Assembly: GCA_003151625.1 (NCBI GenBank)
Contig: PLYC01000007.1
Coordinates: 81,181-145,180 of the forward strand
Length of the DNA: 64,000 bases
Source of the DNA: Candidatus Doudnabacteria bacterium
GTDB taxonomy: Bacteria > Patescibacteriota > Doudnabacteria > UBA920
Direction of reading: 5' to 3'
Within the stretch, counting starts at the first letter, position 1, and each line of letters opens with the position of its first letter. The notes beneath the pieces are model-generated. The model had not been told where the DNA came from, searched no databases, and worked only from the letters and a program-made list of their open reading frames with translations. Positions 37,323 to 47,106 of the stretch are shown here, one piece after another. The translations under genes were made by a program, and so were the position numbers.

Positions 37323-37853
37323 ATGAAAAAAGTAATCATTATCTTAATTGGTTTAATATTAGTAGTCGGAGTTTTTTATGTCTTTAGTAAAAAAGAAGCT
37401 AAGGTTCCGGTAGTGGAAAATTCAACAAATAGTACGACTCCAAATTCTGCTCCAAGTGAGCCTGCCGTACAGCCGCAGGCACAGCCGCAAACTCAAACCA
37501 ATGTCAAAAATACTCCGGGTGCGGATTATACGCCGCCCCAGGCAACCGGAGGCGGGGAGAACGCCGGCTCCAATATTCAGGTTTACGAGGTGGACTTCGA
37601 CGGCACCGCCTATTCGCCAAGCGTCAGCAGTCTTAGGGTTGGGGACTATATTTTTTTTAAAAATAAAAGTTCCGGGAATTTTTGGCCGGTAGCGGGTTCC
37701 GCGAATACCATAGCCGCTTACCCGCAGTTTAACCCAAAAAGCCCCATTGCCGCGGGCGGAGAATATAAGTTTCAGTTTTCCAAAGCCGGCAATTGGAGCT
37801 TTGGCGATAATCTAAAAGCTAACTCGGTTTTTACCGTAAACGTCAGCCAATAA
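37323..37853 (+). CDS. Membrane-anchored cupredoxin-like domain protein
   Basis: N-terminal TM, P/Q linker, YSPS...VGD.I.FKN, Y.FQFSKAGNW; Cu ligands not evident. Confidence 0.65.
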   Translation: MKKVIIILIGLILVVGVFYVFSKKEAKVPVVENSTNSTTPNSAPSEPAVQPQAQPQTQTNVKNTPGADYTPPQATGGGENAGSNIQVYEVDFDGTAYSPSVSSLRVGDYIFFKNKSSGNFWPVAGSANTIAAYPQFNPKSPIAAGGEYKFQFSKAGNWSFGDNLKANSVFTVNVSQ

Positions 37854-38020
37854 ATAAGGCAGCCTTCCTTGATGGGCACCATTTGGGGTGGCCCCAGATG
37901 GTGCCCATCAACCATTTCATCCCTTAATTTACCAACCCCAATTGCCGAGGCTGGTTTTGCTTAAATGACGATTTTAAGTTATAATTTAAGCGTTGAAATC
38001 GGAAAATTTACAATATAGTC

Positions 38021-38872
38021 ATGGAAACTCTAGCGACGGAAATTTGGCAAACTTTTGGACATGGAAATGTAAAATCTATTTTAAATAAGCAACTTGAGGC
38101 AAATAGATTTCCCCACGCTTATTTGTTTGCCGGACCCGGCGGAATTGGCAAAAAAACTTTAGCTTTGGAGTTCGCGCAAAAAGTTTTAGCGACCCGCGTC
38201 TTAACCACGCATCCCGATTTTGCTATTTTGGACGAGCCGGGCGAAATTATTATGGAGACGATTTTGGATTTTATTTCCCGTCTTTCATTTAAGCCGTTTT
38301 TGGCCAAATATAAAATCGCCATAATTAACAACGCCCAAAATTTGAATGTAAAGAGTTCAAACGCGCTCCTTAAAACTTTGGAAGAAGCTTCGCCCAGCAG
38401 TATTATAATTTTATTGGCCGACACTTCCCGTCTTTTGCCAACCATAGTGTCCCGCTGTCAGGTTTTAAATTTTAGCCCGTTCAGTAAAAATCAACTGGAT
38501 GAATTTGCCAAAAGCGCCAGCTTAAAGGTAAGCGAGTCTGTCCAAGATTTGAGTTTTGGCAGTCCGGCCCGTTTGAAGCGGCTGTCGCAAGATAAGGATT
38601 TTTTTATCAGCGAGGAAAAAATTGTTGAAAATTATAAAAATTTTTTAAAAATGCGTTTGGGAGAAAAGCTTATGTCTATAAGAGATTTGGCGGAAATGGA
38701 AACGGAAGATTTGGCGGCAAGCATAACAACCTGGTTGTGCTGGCAAATTTTTCACTTAAACGAAAATCCACAGGCTTTTACCAAAGTTCGGGCGCTAAGC
38801 GATTCGTTGGAAAGTTTGCATCAAAATCAAAATAAAAAATTGGTATTGCAGGGTTTGTTATTAAAAATTTGA
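38021..38872 (+). CDS. holB: DNA polymerase III delta-prime subunit
   Basis: HAYLFAGPGGIGK, HPD, NALLKTLEE, LLPTIVSRC. Confidence 0.88.
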   Translation: METLATEIWQTFGHGNVKSILNKQLEANRFPHAYLFAGPGGIGKKTLALEFAQKVLATRVLTTHPDFAILDEPGEIIMETILDFISRLSFKPFLAKYKIAIINNAQNLNVKSSNALLKTLEEASPSSIIILLADTSRLLPTIVSRCQVLNFSPFSKNQLDEFAKSASLKVSESVQDLSFGSPARLKRLSQDKDFFISEEKIVENYKNFLKMRLGEKLMSIRDLAEMETEDLAASITTWLCWQIFHLNENPQAFTKVRALSDSLESLHQNQNKKLVLQGLLLKI

Positions 38873-38950
38873 TGCCGCGGTGCATAATGAACCCATCAGA
38901 TTTTGTAATATTTAAATCGCCTAAAATATTATCGTGCCAAAATTAAATAT

Positions 38951-40054
38951 ATGGGAGAAGTAAAAATAAAATTTAGTTGGACTGGCAAAAAATTTATTTT
39001 TATTATTGGGCTGTTGTTATTGTCCGCTTCGTGCAATGTTTTTAGCACACCACCCCAGGCTGGCGTCTATAAAACGTTAAACGGCGGCGTGGACTGGAAA
39101 ACGGCCGATGTTTTAAAAACAGGAACCGGAAGCATATCGACAACTTATATTTCCAAGCTCGGCTTTGATCCATCTAACAGCCAAACGGTCTACGCCGGAA
39201 GTTACAGCAGCGGGTTGTATAAATCGGACGATTCGGCCGCGACCTGGACCAACATTTTGTCTAACATTGAAGTTTACGATTTTGCGGTTGATCCTCAAAA
39301 TACCAAAATAATTTACGTGGCCGGTTTTTACGGCACTGCAGGCCGGGTGGTAAAAACCACGGACGGCGGAGCGAGTTGGAATGAAATTTACCATGAAGGC
39401 AGCAGCTTGAATCCCGTCCGAACAGTCGCACTAAATCCGCAAAATCCTAATCAAGTAGTAATAGGCACAACATCGGGAAGTTTTATTAAAAGTTCAGACG
39501 GAGGCATATCCTGGCAGCTGGTGAATAATTTTAACGACCAAATCAACCAAGTTTTGTGGCAAAGCAACGTGTATGTTTTATTAAAAGATAACGGCCTGTT
39601 TGAATACCCCGACATAAGCGCGACTTCCACCGAGCTGACCAAAAGTTTAAGAAATTCTTTTAATTCGGGCGCAATAGATTATATAGATTATGCCGGAAGC
39701 AGTTCTTCCCTTGGAACTTACCATCAGGTTTATGCGGATCCTTTTACCTCAAGTTTGATTTATTTAACAACCGATAAAGGATTATACAAAAGCCTGGACA
39801 CCGGGCAAACCTGGGTACTGCAGAGCCTGCCTGTCCAGCCGGGGAAAGATCCCGTCCGCGCCATTGCCGTGGCCAGAAATAACAGTAATATAGTTTATAC
39901 GAGCGCAGCGGGCACGGTTTATAAATCTTTGGATGGCGGTCAGACCTGGCAGACCCAAGGGTTAGTCGCCACCGGGTTTGTAAATTTTCTTATAGTAGAT
40001 CCCCAGTTGCCCCAAATAGCTTATTCAGGAATTTATATTGACACTAGTAATTAA
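38951..40054 (+). CDS. BNR/Asp-box (YCF48-like) beta-propeller lipoprotein
   Basis: Lipobox LSASC; repeated KS.DGG.TW motifs. Confidence 0.8.
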   Translation: MGEVKIKFSWTGKKFIFIIGLLLLSASCNVFSTPPQAGVYKTLNGGVDWKTADVLKTGTGSISTTYISKLGFDPSNSQTVYAGSYSSGLYKSDDSAATWTNILSNIEVYDFAVDPQNTKIIYVAGFYGTAGRVVKTTDGGASWNEIYHEGSSLNPVRTVALNPQNPNQVVIGTTSGSFIKSSDGGISWQLVNNFNDQINQVLWQSNVYVLLKDNGLFEYPDISATSTELTKSLRNSFNSGAIDYIDYAGSSSSLGTYHQVYADPFTSSLIYLTTDKGLYKSLDTGQTWVLQSLPVQPGKDPVRAIAVARNNSNIVYTSAAGTVYKSLDGGQTWQTQGLVATGFVNFLIVDPQLPQIAYSGIYIDTSN

Positions 40055-40157
40055 TTAATACCGCGGATCCAAACGCGGATGACGACGCAGATCTGACGCG
40101 GAAGATCAGTATCTGCGTTTAATCCGCGCAGCTATCTGCGTTAAATCAGCGGTGTAT

Positions 40158-40715
40158 ATGATTGATCAAATACTAAACAGCAACAAAGAACATTTTGAAA
40201 AAGCTATGGAGCATTTTTTGCACGAGCTTTCCGGAGTAAGAACTGGGCGCGCGAATCCCGCGCTGCTTAATAGCGTGACTGTTGAATCTTACGGTTCAAA
40301 GTCACCGCTGGAACATGTGGCTTCGGTTTCGGTAAGTGATGCCCGGACTTTGGTTATTAGCCCGTGGGACAAAGGTCAGATTTCTGCTATTGAAAAGGGG
40401 ATTCAACTTGCTAATTTAGGTTTTAATCCCAGCAACGATGGCGTAGTTATTCGCATTAACCTTCCGGCCTTAAACGAAGAACGAAGGAAAGAAATGGTAA
40501 AACTGGTTGGCCAGCTGGCGGAAAAGGGAAAAATCGGCATTCGCAACGCACGCGAAACCACGCACAAAGAAATGAAGAAAGCCGAGGCCGACAAACAAAT
40601 TAGTAAAGACCAGCTTGAAGCCGGTCAAAAAAAGTTACAGGAAGTAGTGGATAAATATAACGAAGAGATAAAGAAGCACGCGGAAGCGAAGGAAAAGGAA
40701 GTAATGACGGTTTGA
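40158..40715 (+). CDS. frr: Ribosome recycling factor
   Basis: RTGRANP, NPSNDG, LNEERRKE, IRNAR, KEKEVM. Confidence 0.97.
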   Translation: MIDQILNSNKEHFEKAMEHFLHELSGVRTGRANPALLNSVTVESYGSKSPLEHVASVSVSDARTLVISPWDKGQISAIEKGIQLANLGFNPSNDGVVIRINLPALNEERRKEMVKLVGQLAEKGKIGIRNARETTHKEMKKAEADKQISKDQLEAGQKKLQEVVDKYNEEIKKHAEAKEKEVMTV

Positions 40716-40760
40716 TTTTACGGTCTAATTTTAAAAACTTAAAATTAAATTGAAAATAAT

Positions 40761-41381
40761 ATGCCAGAAATTGACAAAGGGGTCATTCCCACAGAATACG
40801 ATTTGAAAAAGGTAACGCCTGAGGAAGAGATTGGCGGTCGTCATCTTGAACAAATACTATTAGAGTGCGGCTCTGATGCCGAAACAGTCGAAAAGATTTT
40901 AAAAGCGATGTCCCAGAAGTTAAAAGATAGAAGATCGCCGATGGTTAATCGTGATGAGGCTAGTCCGCCATTGCCCGAAGTAAAGAGGAAAGATTTGGCA
41001 AGGTTTGAGCAACTGGTCTTGGAAAATATAGATCAGGTTGATTACGATCTTATTATGAAAAAACATAGAAGGTTTAACCCCGATGATACGAAACGAGCTT
41101 TTCAGGAATTGCTTGACAGTAAAAATATACCTATAAAAATAAAAGAAGTTATAATTCCCGAAGATCGAGGAATCATTGAATTCACTTTAGAGGGAGTTGA
41201 CCGGAGTTTTGCTGCGGCGACGCCGAATTCGCCTATTGGGCATGGCCGGGGGCAAGTTTTATTTGAAAGTTCTAGTTATAATAAGGTGATTATAAAAACG
41301 ACAAGATTGGCGCAATTCCGTCCGGAAATTCCCGGCCGCGATTTAGAAGTGGTTGTAAAAGGAAGCGTTGTTAACAGATAA
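40761..41381 (+). CDS. Hypothetical protein
   Basis: 206-aa ORF filling the frr-rseP gap. Confidence 0.6.
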   Translation: MPEIDKGVIPTEYDLKKVTPEEEIGGRHLEQILLECGSDAETVEKILKAMSQKLKDRRSPMVNRDEASPPLPEVKRKDLARFEQLVLENIDQVDYDLIMKKHRRFNPDDTKRAFQELLDSKNIPIKIKEVIIPEDRGIIEFTLEGVDRSFAAATPNSPIGHGRGQVLFESSSYNKVIIKTTRLAQFRPEIPGRDLEVVVKGSVVNR

Positions 41382-41402
41382 TTTTTAAAAATTTTATTCA
41401 GA

Positions 41403-42521
41403 ATGTTTATAACTATTTTAATTTTCATCATAATTCTAGGAATTCTCGTCTTTGTCCACGAATTCGGGCATTTCGTTGTGGCTAAAAAATCGGGGATGCA
41501 GGTGGAGGAGTTTGGATTTGGTTTTCCGCCGAGGATATTTGGCTTCCAGAGAATCGAAGGCAAATGGAAAATTGTTGGGTTAAGAAATAAACAAATTGAC
41601 CCAAGCAAAACGGTTTACTCTATAAATTATATTCCCCTTGGCGGGTTTGTCAGGATTTTGGGCGAGAATAACGACAACGAGAACCACCCGGGAAGTTTTA
41701 TTAACAAAGGTTTTTGGCCGAGGTTTTTTACGCTGGTTGCCGGAGTGGTTATGAACGTAATTTTAGCCTGGGTAATATTTTCGGCCGGCTACACAATCGG
41801 CCTGCCTGTGGCAATAGACAGTTTGGCAGATGTCCCGGCTCACGCCACTCTCACACACCCCCAAACGGCGATTTTGGATGTTACAAAAAATCTTCCTGCC
41901 GACAAAGCCGGAATAAAACCAAACGACATAATTCTTTCATTAGACGGCAAGAGTTTTAATTCCGTTGACGATTTTCAAAAATATATTCAAACGCACGAAG
42001 GATTAAATATAACTTTTGAAGTGCAAAGAGGCGCGGAGCATTTAAGTATTCCGGTTACCCCAAATGTAAACCCTCCCGCAGGGCAGGGCGCTACTGGCAT
42101 AAGTATTTCTTTGCTTGGCCGGCTTAAGTACCCGTGGTATTTGGCCATTTGGCAGGGCGCCGCGGCAACACTCTCCGGCATAGCCTCTATAGTTTATGGC
42201 CTCTATAGTTTATTTTCCCAGCACATGGGTTTTTCTTCCCTGGGCGGACCGGTGCAGATTGCCAAACTTACGGGTCAAGTGGCCGGTTTGGGGTTTGTTT
42301 TCCTAATGCAATTTACGGCGTTTTTGTCGCTAAATTTAGCGGTGCTGAATATTTTACCATTCCCGGCTTTGGACGGCGGCAGGGTAATATTTTTGTTGAT
42401 AGAAACCGTGCGCCGCAAGCGCAACAACCAAAAAGTGGAGCAAATAGTCAACACCGCCGGTTTTGTGTTTTTAATTTTGTTGATGATAGCGGTAACAGTA
42501 CATGATATTATTAGAAAATAG
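41403..42521 (+). CDS. rseP: RIP metalloprotease RseP
   Basis: HEFGH, PLGGFV, PDZ domain, NILPFPALDGG. Confidence 0.95.
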   Translation: MFITILIFIIILGILVFVHEFGHFVVAKKSGMQVEEFGFGFPPRIFGFQRIEGKWKIVGLRNKQIDPSKTVYSINYIPLGGFVRILGENNDNENHPGSFINKGFWPRFFTLVAGVVMNVILAWVIFSAGYTIGLPVAIDSLADVPAHATLTHPQTAILDVTKNLPADKAGIKPNDIILSLDGKSFNSVDDFQKYIQTHEGLNITFEVQRGAEHLSIPVTPNVNPPAGQGATGISISLLGRLKYPWYLAIWQGAAATLSGIASIVYGLYSLFSQHMGFSSLGGPVQIAKLTGQVAGLGFVFLMQFTAFLSLNLAVLNILPFPALDGGRVIFLLIETVRRKRNNQKVEQIVNTAGFVFLILLMIAVTVHDIIRK

Positions 42522-42547
42522 AATTTAATTGGGAATGTAAATATTTT

Positions 42548-43177
42548 ATGGATCGCGAAAGAATAGATTTGGAACAGGCACGTAAACAGCAATTTGAGCA
42601 GCTTCGCAATAATCCAAAATTGTTGGCGGCCTTGTTAGAGGAAGTTGGTAGTGAGCAAGAAGTAAAGGTGCATTTGTCCGATGTTGGCGCTCTTAATGGT
42701 ATATCCGGAGTTGAAGCACTAACTTTTAGTAATTCTCGTACAAATTCCAACATTGCCAATTTGATGGAGTATCTTAACGGTCCAATAATTAGTGATAATT
42801 TTAAACAACAATCTGACAGGAGAAAATGGAGAGGGTCTTTGCAGTTCGGTGGGTCATTTTCAAACAGCTCGGTAAACCATCCCGAATTAAATCTTTTAAG
42901 CCCGCAAACTGTGGGAGCGCTGACTCACGAATTTCTTGAAAATAACAAACTTAGAAGAGGCAGAATAGCCTTAACACTTACGTGCCTAAAGGAGGTTATT
43001 GCTATTTTAAAAAATCCTCAAATTTCTGGAAATATAAATCAGATTATTGAAGCTTATAGGAATTATGACAAAATGGATTCTGTGGATAAAATAAAATTAG
43101 TTGAAGGTTTGACCAATTTGATTATTGAAGTATTAAGAATGATAAAAAGTAATTTTAGCCAACATGAAGCAATCTAG
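42548..43177 (+). CDS. Hypothetical AT-rich protein
   Basis: 209-aa ORF overlapping the proS start. Confidence 0.55.
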   Translation: MDRERIDLEQARKQQFEQLRNNPKLLAALLEEVGSEQEVKVHLSDVGALNGISGVEALTFSNSRTNSNIANLMEYLNGPIISDNFKQQSDRRKWRGSLQFGGSFSNSSVNHPELNLLSPQTVGALTHEFLENNKLRRGRIALTLTCLKEVIAILKNPQISGNINQIIEAYRNYDKMDSVDKIKLVEGLTNLIIEVLRMIKSNFSQHEAI

Positions 43178-44405
43178 GTATTTTTTAAAAACCAGCAAAA
43201 CCACTCCAGCTGATGATTTATCCATAAACGCCAAACTTTTAGAACAAGGAGGGTTTGTGCAAAAGGTGCTGGCGGGAGTTTATGATTTTTTGCCTTTGGG
43301 TTTGAGGGTTTTGCAAAAAATTGAAAACATTGTGCGCGGGGAAATGGACAAAATCGGCAATGAAATGTTTATGCCGGTGCTGCATCCCAAAGAAAATTGG
43401 GAAAAGACAGGGCGGTGGAGCGGGCTGGATGTGCTATTTAAAATTAAATCCCAGCATGGCAACGAATATGCCTTGGGACCGACGCACGAAGAAATTGTTA
43501 CGCCCGCAGCCCAAGCCATTATTAATAGCTATAAAGATTTGCCATTGGCCGTGTATCAGATCCAGACCAAGTTCCGCGACGAACCGCGTGCAAAAAGCGG
43601 GCTTCTGCGCGGTCGTGAATTTCGGATGAAAGATCTTTATAGCTTTCACGCGACGGCAGAAGATCTGGACGAGTACTATAACAAAACAGCCATGCCGGCT
43701 TACGAAGCGGTTTATAAACGGCTCGGCCTTGACGCGCTTTTGACGGAAGCCAGCGGCGGAACATTTTCCAAGTACTCACACGAGTACCAGGTGGAGACCG
43801 AAAACGGCGAGGACACAATTTATGTTTGTGAAAAATGCGGCCTTGCTAAAAATAAGGAAATTTTTGAAGAAGGGGCAAAGTGCACAAACTGCGGCAAAAC
43901 CTCCTGGCGAGAGACAAAAGGGTGTGAAGTCGGCAATATTTTTAAGCTGCAGGACAAATATTCCAAAGCTTTTAATTTGCAGTACACGGCGCAGGACGGC
44001 AGCAAAAATATTGTACTTATGGGCTGTTATGGCTTGGGAACTTCCCGTGTAATGGGGGTAATTGTGGAAAAATTCCACGACAGCAAGGGCATAATTTGGC
44101 CCGAGGCCGTGGCGCCGTTTAAAGTGCATCTTTTGGCGCTAAACGGCGCGGAAAAAGAGTCGGGCAAAATTTACGAGTCTTTATTAAATAGCGGCATTGA
44201 GGTATTATATGATGATAGGGAAGTAAGCGCCGGCGCAAAGTTTGCGGACTCGGATTTAATTGGAATCCCTTATCGGGTATTGGTTTCGGCAAAGACTTTG
44301 GATAAACAATCGGTGGAATTTAAAAAAAGGAACGAAACCGAAGCAAAATTAGTTAATATTTCTGACTTGGCCAGCTATATCGGCGCCCAAAACCAAAAGC
44401 AGTAA
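43164..44405 (+). CDS. proS: Prolyl-tRNA synthetase (short form, no editing domain)
   Basis: LGPTHEE, FRDEPRAKSGLLRGREF.MKD.YSF, EVGNIFKL, MGCYGLG. Confidence 0.95.
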   Translation: MKQSRYFLKTSKTTPADDLSINAKLLEQGGFVQKVLAGVYDFLPLGLRVLQKIENIVRGEMDKIGNEMFMPVLHPKENWEKTGRWSGLDVLFKIKSQHGNEYALGPTHEEIVTPAAQAIINSYKDLPLAVYQIQTKFRDEPRAKSGLLRGREFRMKDLYSFHATAEDLDEYYNKTAMPAYEAVYKRLGLDALLTEASGGTFSKYSHEYQVETENGEDTIYVCEKCGLAKNKEIFEEGAKCTNCGKTSWRETKGCEVGNIFKLQDKYSKAFNLQYTAQDGSKNIVLMGCYGLGTSRVMGVIVEKFHDSKGIIWPEAVAPFKVHLLALNGAEKESGKIYESLLNSGIEVLYDDREVSAGAKFADSDLIGIPYRVLVSAKTLDKQSVEFKKRNETEAKLVNISDLASYIGAQNQKQ

Positions 44406-44515
44406 AACAAACAATATCCTAATATCAAAAATATCCTAATATCTTTGAAAGATATTAATAGATATTTAGATATTAGGATATTTAAAAAAACTTATCGTGA
44501 CTTAAAAATAGAATT

Positions 44516-45568
44516 ATGTTTGACAATTTTTATAAAAAATTCAGTAAAGATATTGGAATAGATCTCGGCACCGCCAACACGCTCGTTTATGTTAAGGGTA
44601 AGGGGATTGTGATTAATGAACCCAGCGTGGTGGCGGTAAACCAGCGCACCAAGCAAATCCTCGCCATTGGCAACGAAGCCAGGCTTATGGTCGGCCGCAC
44701 GCCCCCGCACATTGTGGCAACCCGGCCGCTTGTGGACGGGGTGATTTCCGATTTTGAAGTTACCGAAGCTATGCTCCGGTATTTTATAGACAAAGTTCAC
44801 GCGCAAACTTACAGTTTTTTGCGCCGCCCCCGCGTGGTTATTGGCATTCCTTCCGGCGTGACCGAAGTGGAAAGAAGAGCCGTGCAGGACGCTGCAATAA
44901 ATGCCGGAGCCGCCCGGGCTTATTTAATAGAAGAGCCTATGGCCGCGGCTATTGGAGCCAGGCTTAATGTTCAGGACGCGTCCGGAAGCATGATAGTGGA
45001 TATTGGGGGCGGCACCACGGAAATTGCCGTTATCTCGCTTGGGGGCATTGTTATCTCCAAAAGCATTCGCATTGCCGGCGACGAAATGAATGAAAATATT
45101 ATCCAGTATGCCCGGGACAATTTTAATTTATTAATTGGTGAGCGCAGCGCCGAGGACGTTAAAATTAAAATCGGCAGCGCCTATCCGCTTGGCCAGCCGA
45201 TTTACGCGCAAATGCGCGGACGGGATTTGGTTTCCGGCCTGCCCAAGGAAGTGACTATTTCCGACACGCAGGTTCGGGAGGCCTTAATGCACAGCCTAAG
45301 AACTATAGTCAATAGCATTAAGGCTGTTATTGAGGAAATTCCGCCGGAATTGATTTCCGACATTTTAGACAAAGGCATTGTGATGGCCGGCGGCGGGTCC
45401 CTGCTACGGGGTCTGGACAAATTGGTCCGCGAAGTTACTTGCATGCCCGTAAACATTGCCGAAGATCCGCTAACCTGCGTGGTGCGCGGGGCCGGAGTCG
45501 TGGTAGAAGATTTGGAAGTATTAAAAGATGTCTTGGTACCCACAGAGTTCGCGAAGATACCAAGATAG
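44516..45568 (+). CDS. mreB: Rod shape-determining protein MreB
   Basis: DLGTANT, IEEPMAAAIGA, DIGGGTT. Confidence 0.97.
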   Translation: MFDNFYKKFSKDIGIDLGTANTLVYVKGKGIVINEPSVVAVNQRTKQILAIGNEARLMVGRTPPHIVATRPLVDGVISDFEVTEAMLRYFIDKVHAQTYSFLRRPRVVIGIPSGVTEVERRAVQDAAINAGAARAYLIEEPMAAAIGARLNVQDASGSMIVDIGGGTTEIAVISLGGIVISKSIRIAGDEMNENIIQYARDNFNLLIGERSAEDVKIKIGSAYPLGQPIYAQMRGRDLVSGLPKEVTISDTQVREALMHSLRTIVNSIKAVIEEIPPELISDILDKGIVMAGGGSLLRGLDKLVREVTCMPVNIAEDPLTCVVRGAGVVVEDLEVLKDVLVPTEFAKIPR

Positions 45569-45662
45569 AAGCTGTGCCAGACGCAGTACGCAAACGCGGG
45601 GACAAAAACGCCGCGGCGTCTAACACGGCGTTTGCTTACAGCGTTTAATTCAGCTTCTATAT

Positions 45663-46463
45663 ATGAGGTTTATTTACACCAAAGCCTTTGCTATATTTGC
45701 GGCTTGTATTTTAGGGCTCGCGTTTTTGGTATTCCTCCAAATTCGCGGCTGGCTGGATCCGATCCGCATAGCTTTTTTGGAAGCTCCCAGGCCGGTTGTG
45801 GTGCTTGCCAACGATATAGCGCTTCCGGTAAAAACATTTTTTTCCACTATTTACCAGTTAAATAATATCAGCCGGGAAAACAGCCAGTTGAGAGCCCAGG
45901 TAGAGCAGTTGGAAAAAGAATTGGTGGACAGAAACCAGCAAAGTTTGGAGAATGAAGCGTTTCGGGCTGAACTGGGTTTTGTAAAAAATACCACCCAACC
46001 TCTGGTTGCCTGCACAGTGCTTTCGGAAAATTCGTTCGGCCAAACTAATGCTCTGGTTTTAAACTGCGGAACTCATGATGGCGTGGACAACGGCCAGGCG
46101 GTGGTCTCCCAGGGATATTTGGTGGGAAAAATTATTTACGCGGGACCGGACTCCAGTACCGCGCTTTTAATTACAGATTCCAATTTTTCTACCGATGCGC
46201 GCATAAGCCAAACCAACGCCACCGCGTTAGTTAAGGGGTCATTTAATTCCGGATTAATTTTAGACCAAGTTCCTCAAACCTCCGATTTGCAAAAAGGCTG
46301 GCTGGTGGTTACCGCCGGCATTAACGCCAAAATTCCAAAAAATATTTTAATCGGCCAGGTCAGTGATATTTTGTCTTCGGGCAACGACTTATTCAAACGG
46401 GCGGCCGTGCTAAGCCCCATAGATTTTGATAATCTGCAGTTTGTGTTCGTGGTTAAACAATAG
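45663..46463 (+). CDS. mreC: Rod shape-determining protein MreC
   Basis: TM, coiled coil EN..LR, LVGKI, VTAG..PKNILIGQV; synteny. Confidence 0.9.
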   Translation: MRFIYTKAFAIFAACILGLAFLVFLQIRGWLDPIRIAFLEAPRPVVVLANDIALPVKTFFSTIYQLNNISRENSQLRAQVEQLEKELVDRNQQSLENEAFRAELGFVKNTTQPLVACTVLSENSFGQTNALVLNCGTHDGVDNGQAVVSQGYLVGKIIYAGPDSSTALLITDSNFSTDARISQTNATALVKGSFNSGLILDQVPQTSDLQKGWLVVTAGINAKIPKNILIGQVSDILSSGNDLFKRAAVLSPIDFDNLQFVFVVKQ

Positions 46464-46533
46464 CAAGCATTTAGCGGTTAGCAAAGCAATTTTGCTTGGC
46501 TAACCGCTAAATGCTAAATGCTAAAAGCTTCTA

Positions 46534-47070
46534 ATGAAATATCTCATTTATCTTATAGCTATTATTATTTTATTGGGACTGAATCTTGGTTTGTTTGGAA
46601 GTTTGCAGATTCAAAGCCAAATTCCCAATTTGCTTTTTTTATTAACCTTGTTTTTTTCGCTGGAAAAAAAGGATTACGACTTCTTTTTTGTCGCATTAGT
46701 ATCGGGGCTGTTTTTGGATTTTTATTCTGCCTGCTTTTTTGGGGGGTTCACCGTGTCTTTGCTTGTGGTCTCCCTGTTGGCCCATTTATTTGTCACTGAA
46801 ATTTTGGTAGTGGATATTAATTGGAAAACTTTAAGTTTGGCTTTGCTGACTGCCCTCGTTATTTTTAATTTAATTCTTTGGTTTTATGGATTGGTAATTT
46901 TTAAACTGGGCTTGAACTCCCAGTATTCCGGGATTAAAATTTTTATTTCTCAATTTCCAATAAATTTTTTATACAACTGGGTTATGCTTTACCCTTTGTA
47001 TTTATTTTTTACTTTTTTGCGAAATTTTCTGGACAGAATGAGCGTTCGCCACAGAGGAGTAATAAGATGA
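46534..47070 (+). CDS. mreD: MreD-like membrane protein
   Basis: PNL, GLFLDF motif, multiple TM; position between mreC and mrdA. Confidence 0.75.
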   Translation: MKYLIYLIAIIILLGLNLGLFGSLQIQSQIPNLLFLLTLFFSLEKKDYDFFFVALVSGLFLDFYSACFFGGFTVSLLVVSLLAHLFVTEILVVDINWKTLSLALLTALVIFNLILWFYGLVIFKLGLNSQYSGIKIFISQFPINFLYNWVMLYPLYLFFTFLRNFLDRMSVRHRGVIR

Positions 47071-47106
47071 TGAGCGGAAATGAAGTCCTAATGAGTATTA
47101 CATTCC